NCBI GenBank assembly: GCA_964016885.1
Contig: OZ024741.1
Location: 164,486,001-164,550,000, forward strand
Direction of reading: 5' to 3'
DNA length: 64,000 bases
Origin: Eledone cirrhosa
Taxonomy: Eukaryota
Shown here: one piece after another, positions 63,541 to 64,000 of the stretch
Layout: each line of letters begins with the position of its first letter
How positions within the stretch are numbered: position 1 is the first letter of the stretch
Notes under the pieces: generated by a model
The model's input: only the letters and a program-made list of their open reading frames with translations
The model's database searches: none
Told to the model about the DNA's origin: nothing
Translations under genes and position numbers: made by a program

Positions 63541-63781
63541 ATATATATATATATTTATTATTAGTATTAAAAGTTTCAGAAGATCCCACTTAGGGTGAAA
63601 GCAGAAACTCTTTGCTTAAAGTTATAATCTGTACTAATAATAAATATGTCTATGGGTTTATATATACTTTATATATATATATATATATACAATCCTTATA
63701 AGGTCCTCTTTGGATTTTGGTCTTTGCATGTATTATTACTATATATATCTATATCTCTCTCTCTATATATATATATATATA

Positions 63782-64000
63782 TCATCATTTTCATCATCAT
63801 TTTACGTCCGCTTTTCCATGTTTGCAAGGGTGGGATGGGAACTGATTCTGGCTTGATTTCTACAGCTGGATGCCCTTCCTAACACTAACCTCATTTACAG
63901 TGAGTGCTGGGTGCTTTTTTGCCGTGGCACCTCCACGACCACTTTGCAGTGGAATGATAGGGAACCCAGTCCCTATCATCTCATTTCTACAGCTGAGTAA
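63782..64000 (-). mobile_element. SINE family 1, partial (runs off the window)
   Basis: Same 3' tail and core as 63225-63540. Confidence 0.8.

Overview
This is AT-rich, microsatellite- and transposon-dense eukaryotic DNA. The (TA)n/(CA)n density, the RTE LINEs with (GAT)n tails and the SINE families suggest a mollusc, most likely an octopod cephalopod (inference). The window appears to lie inside the large introns of a minus-strand CASK/LIN-2 (MAGUK) gene. One PDZ-domain exon is at 60908-60993. About 36 kb downstream are two homologous phase-0 exons only 100 nt apart (24569-24664 and 24400-24468). Each encodes the last PDZ beta-strand plus the PDZ-SH3 linker, so they look like a mutually exclusive exon pair, and splicing-regulator motifs surround them. 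Two giant minisatellites flank the pair: a 35-bp array of 5.6 kb and a 24-bp array of 10.9 kb, the latter with a ~2.8-3.0 kb higher-order repeat. The rest is a 3.25-kb RTE LINE (APE, RT and a PHD-finger-like insert), RTE, CRE-like and R4/Dong-like fragments, two tRNA-SINE families, piggyBac-, hAT- and mariner-type MITEs, a Helitron end, and putative Penelope-like remnants with hammerhead-like motifs. Almost all listed ORFs are repeat artefacts. No database searches were run; family assignments come from motif recognition.
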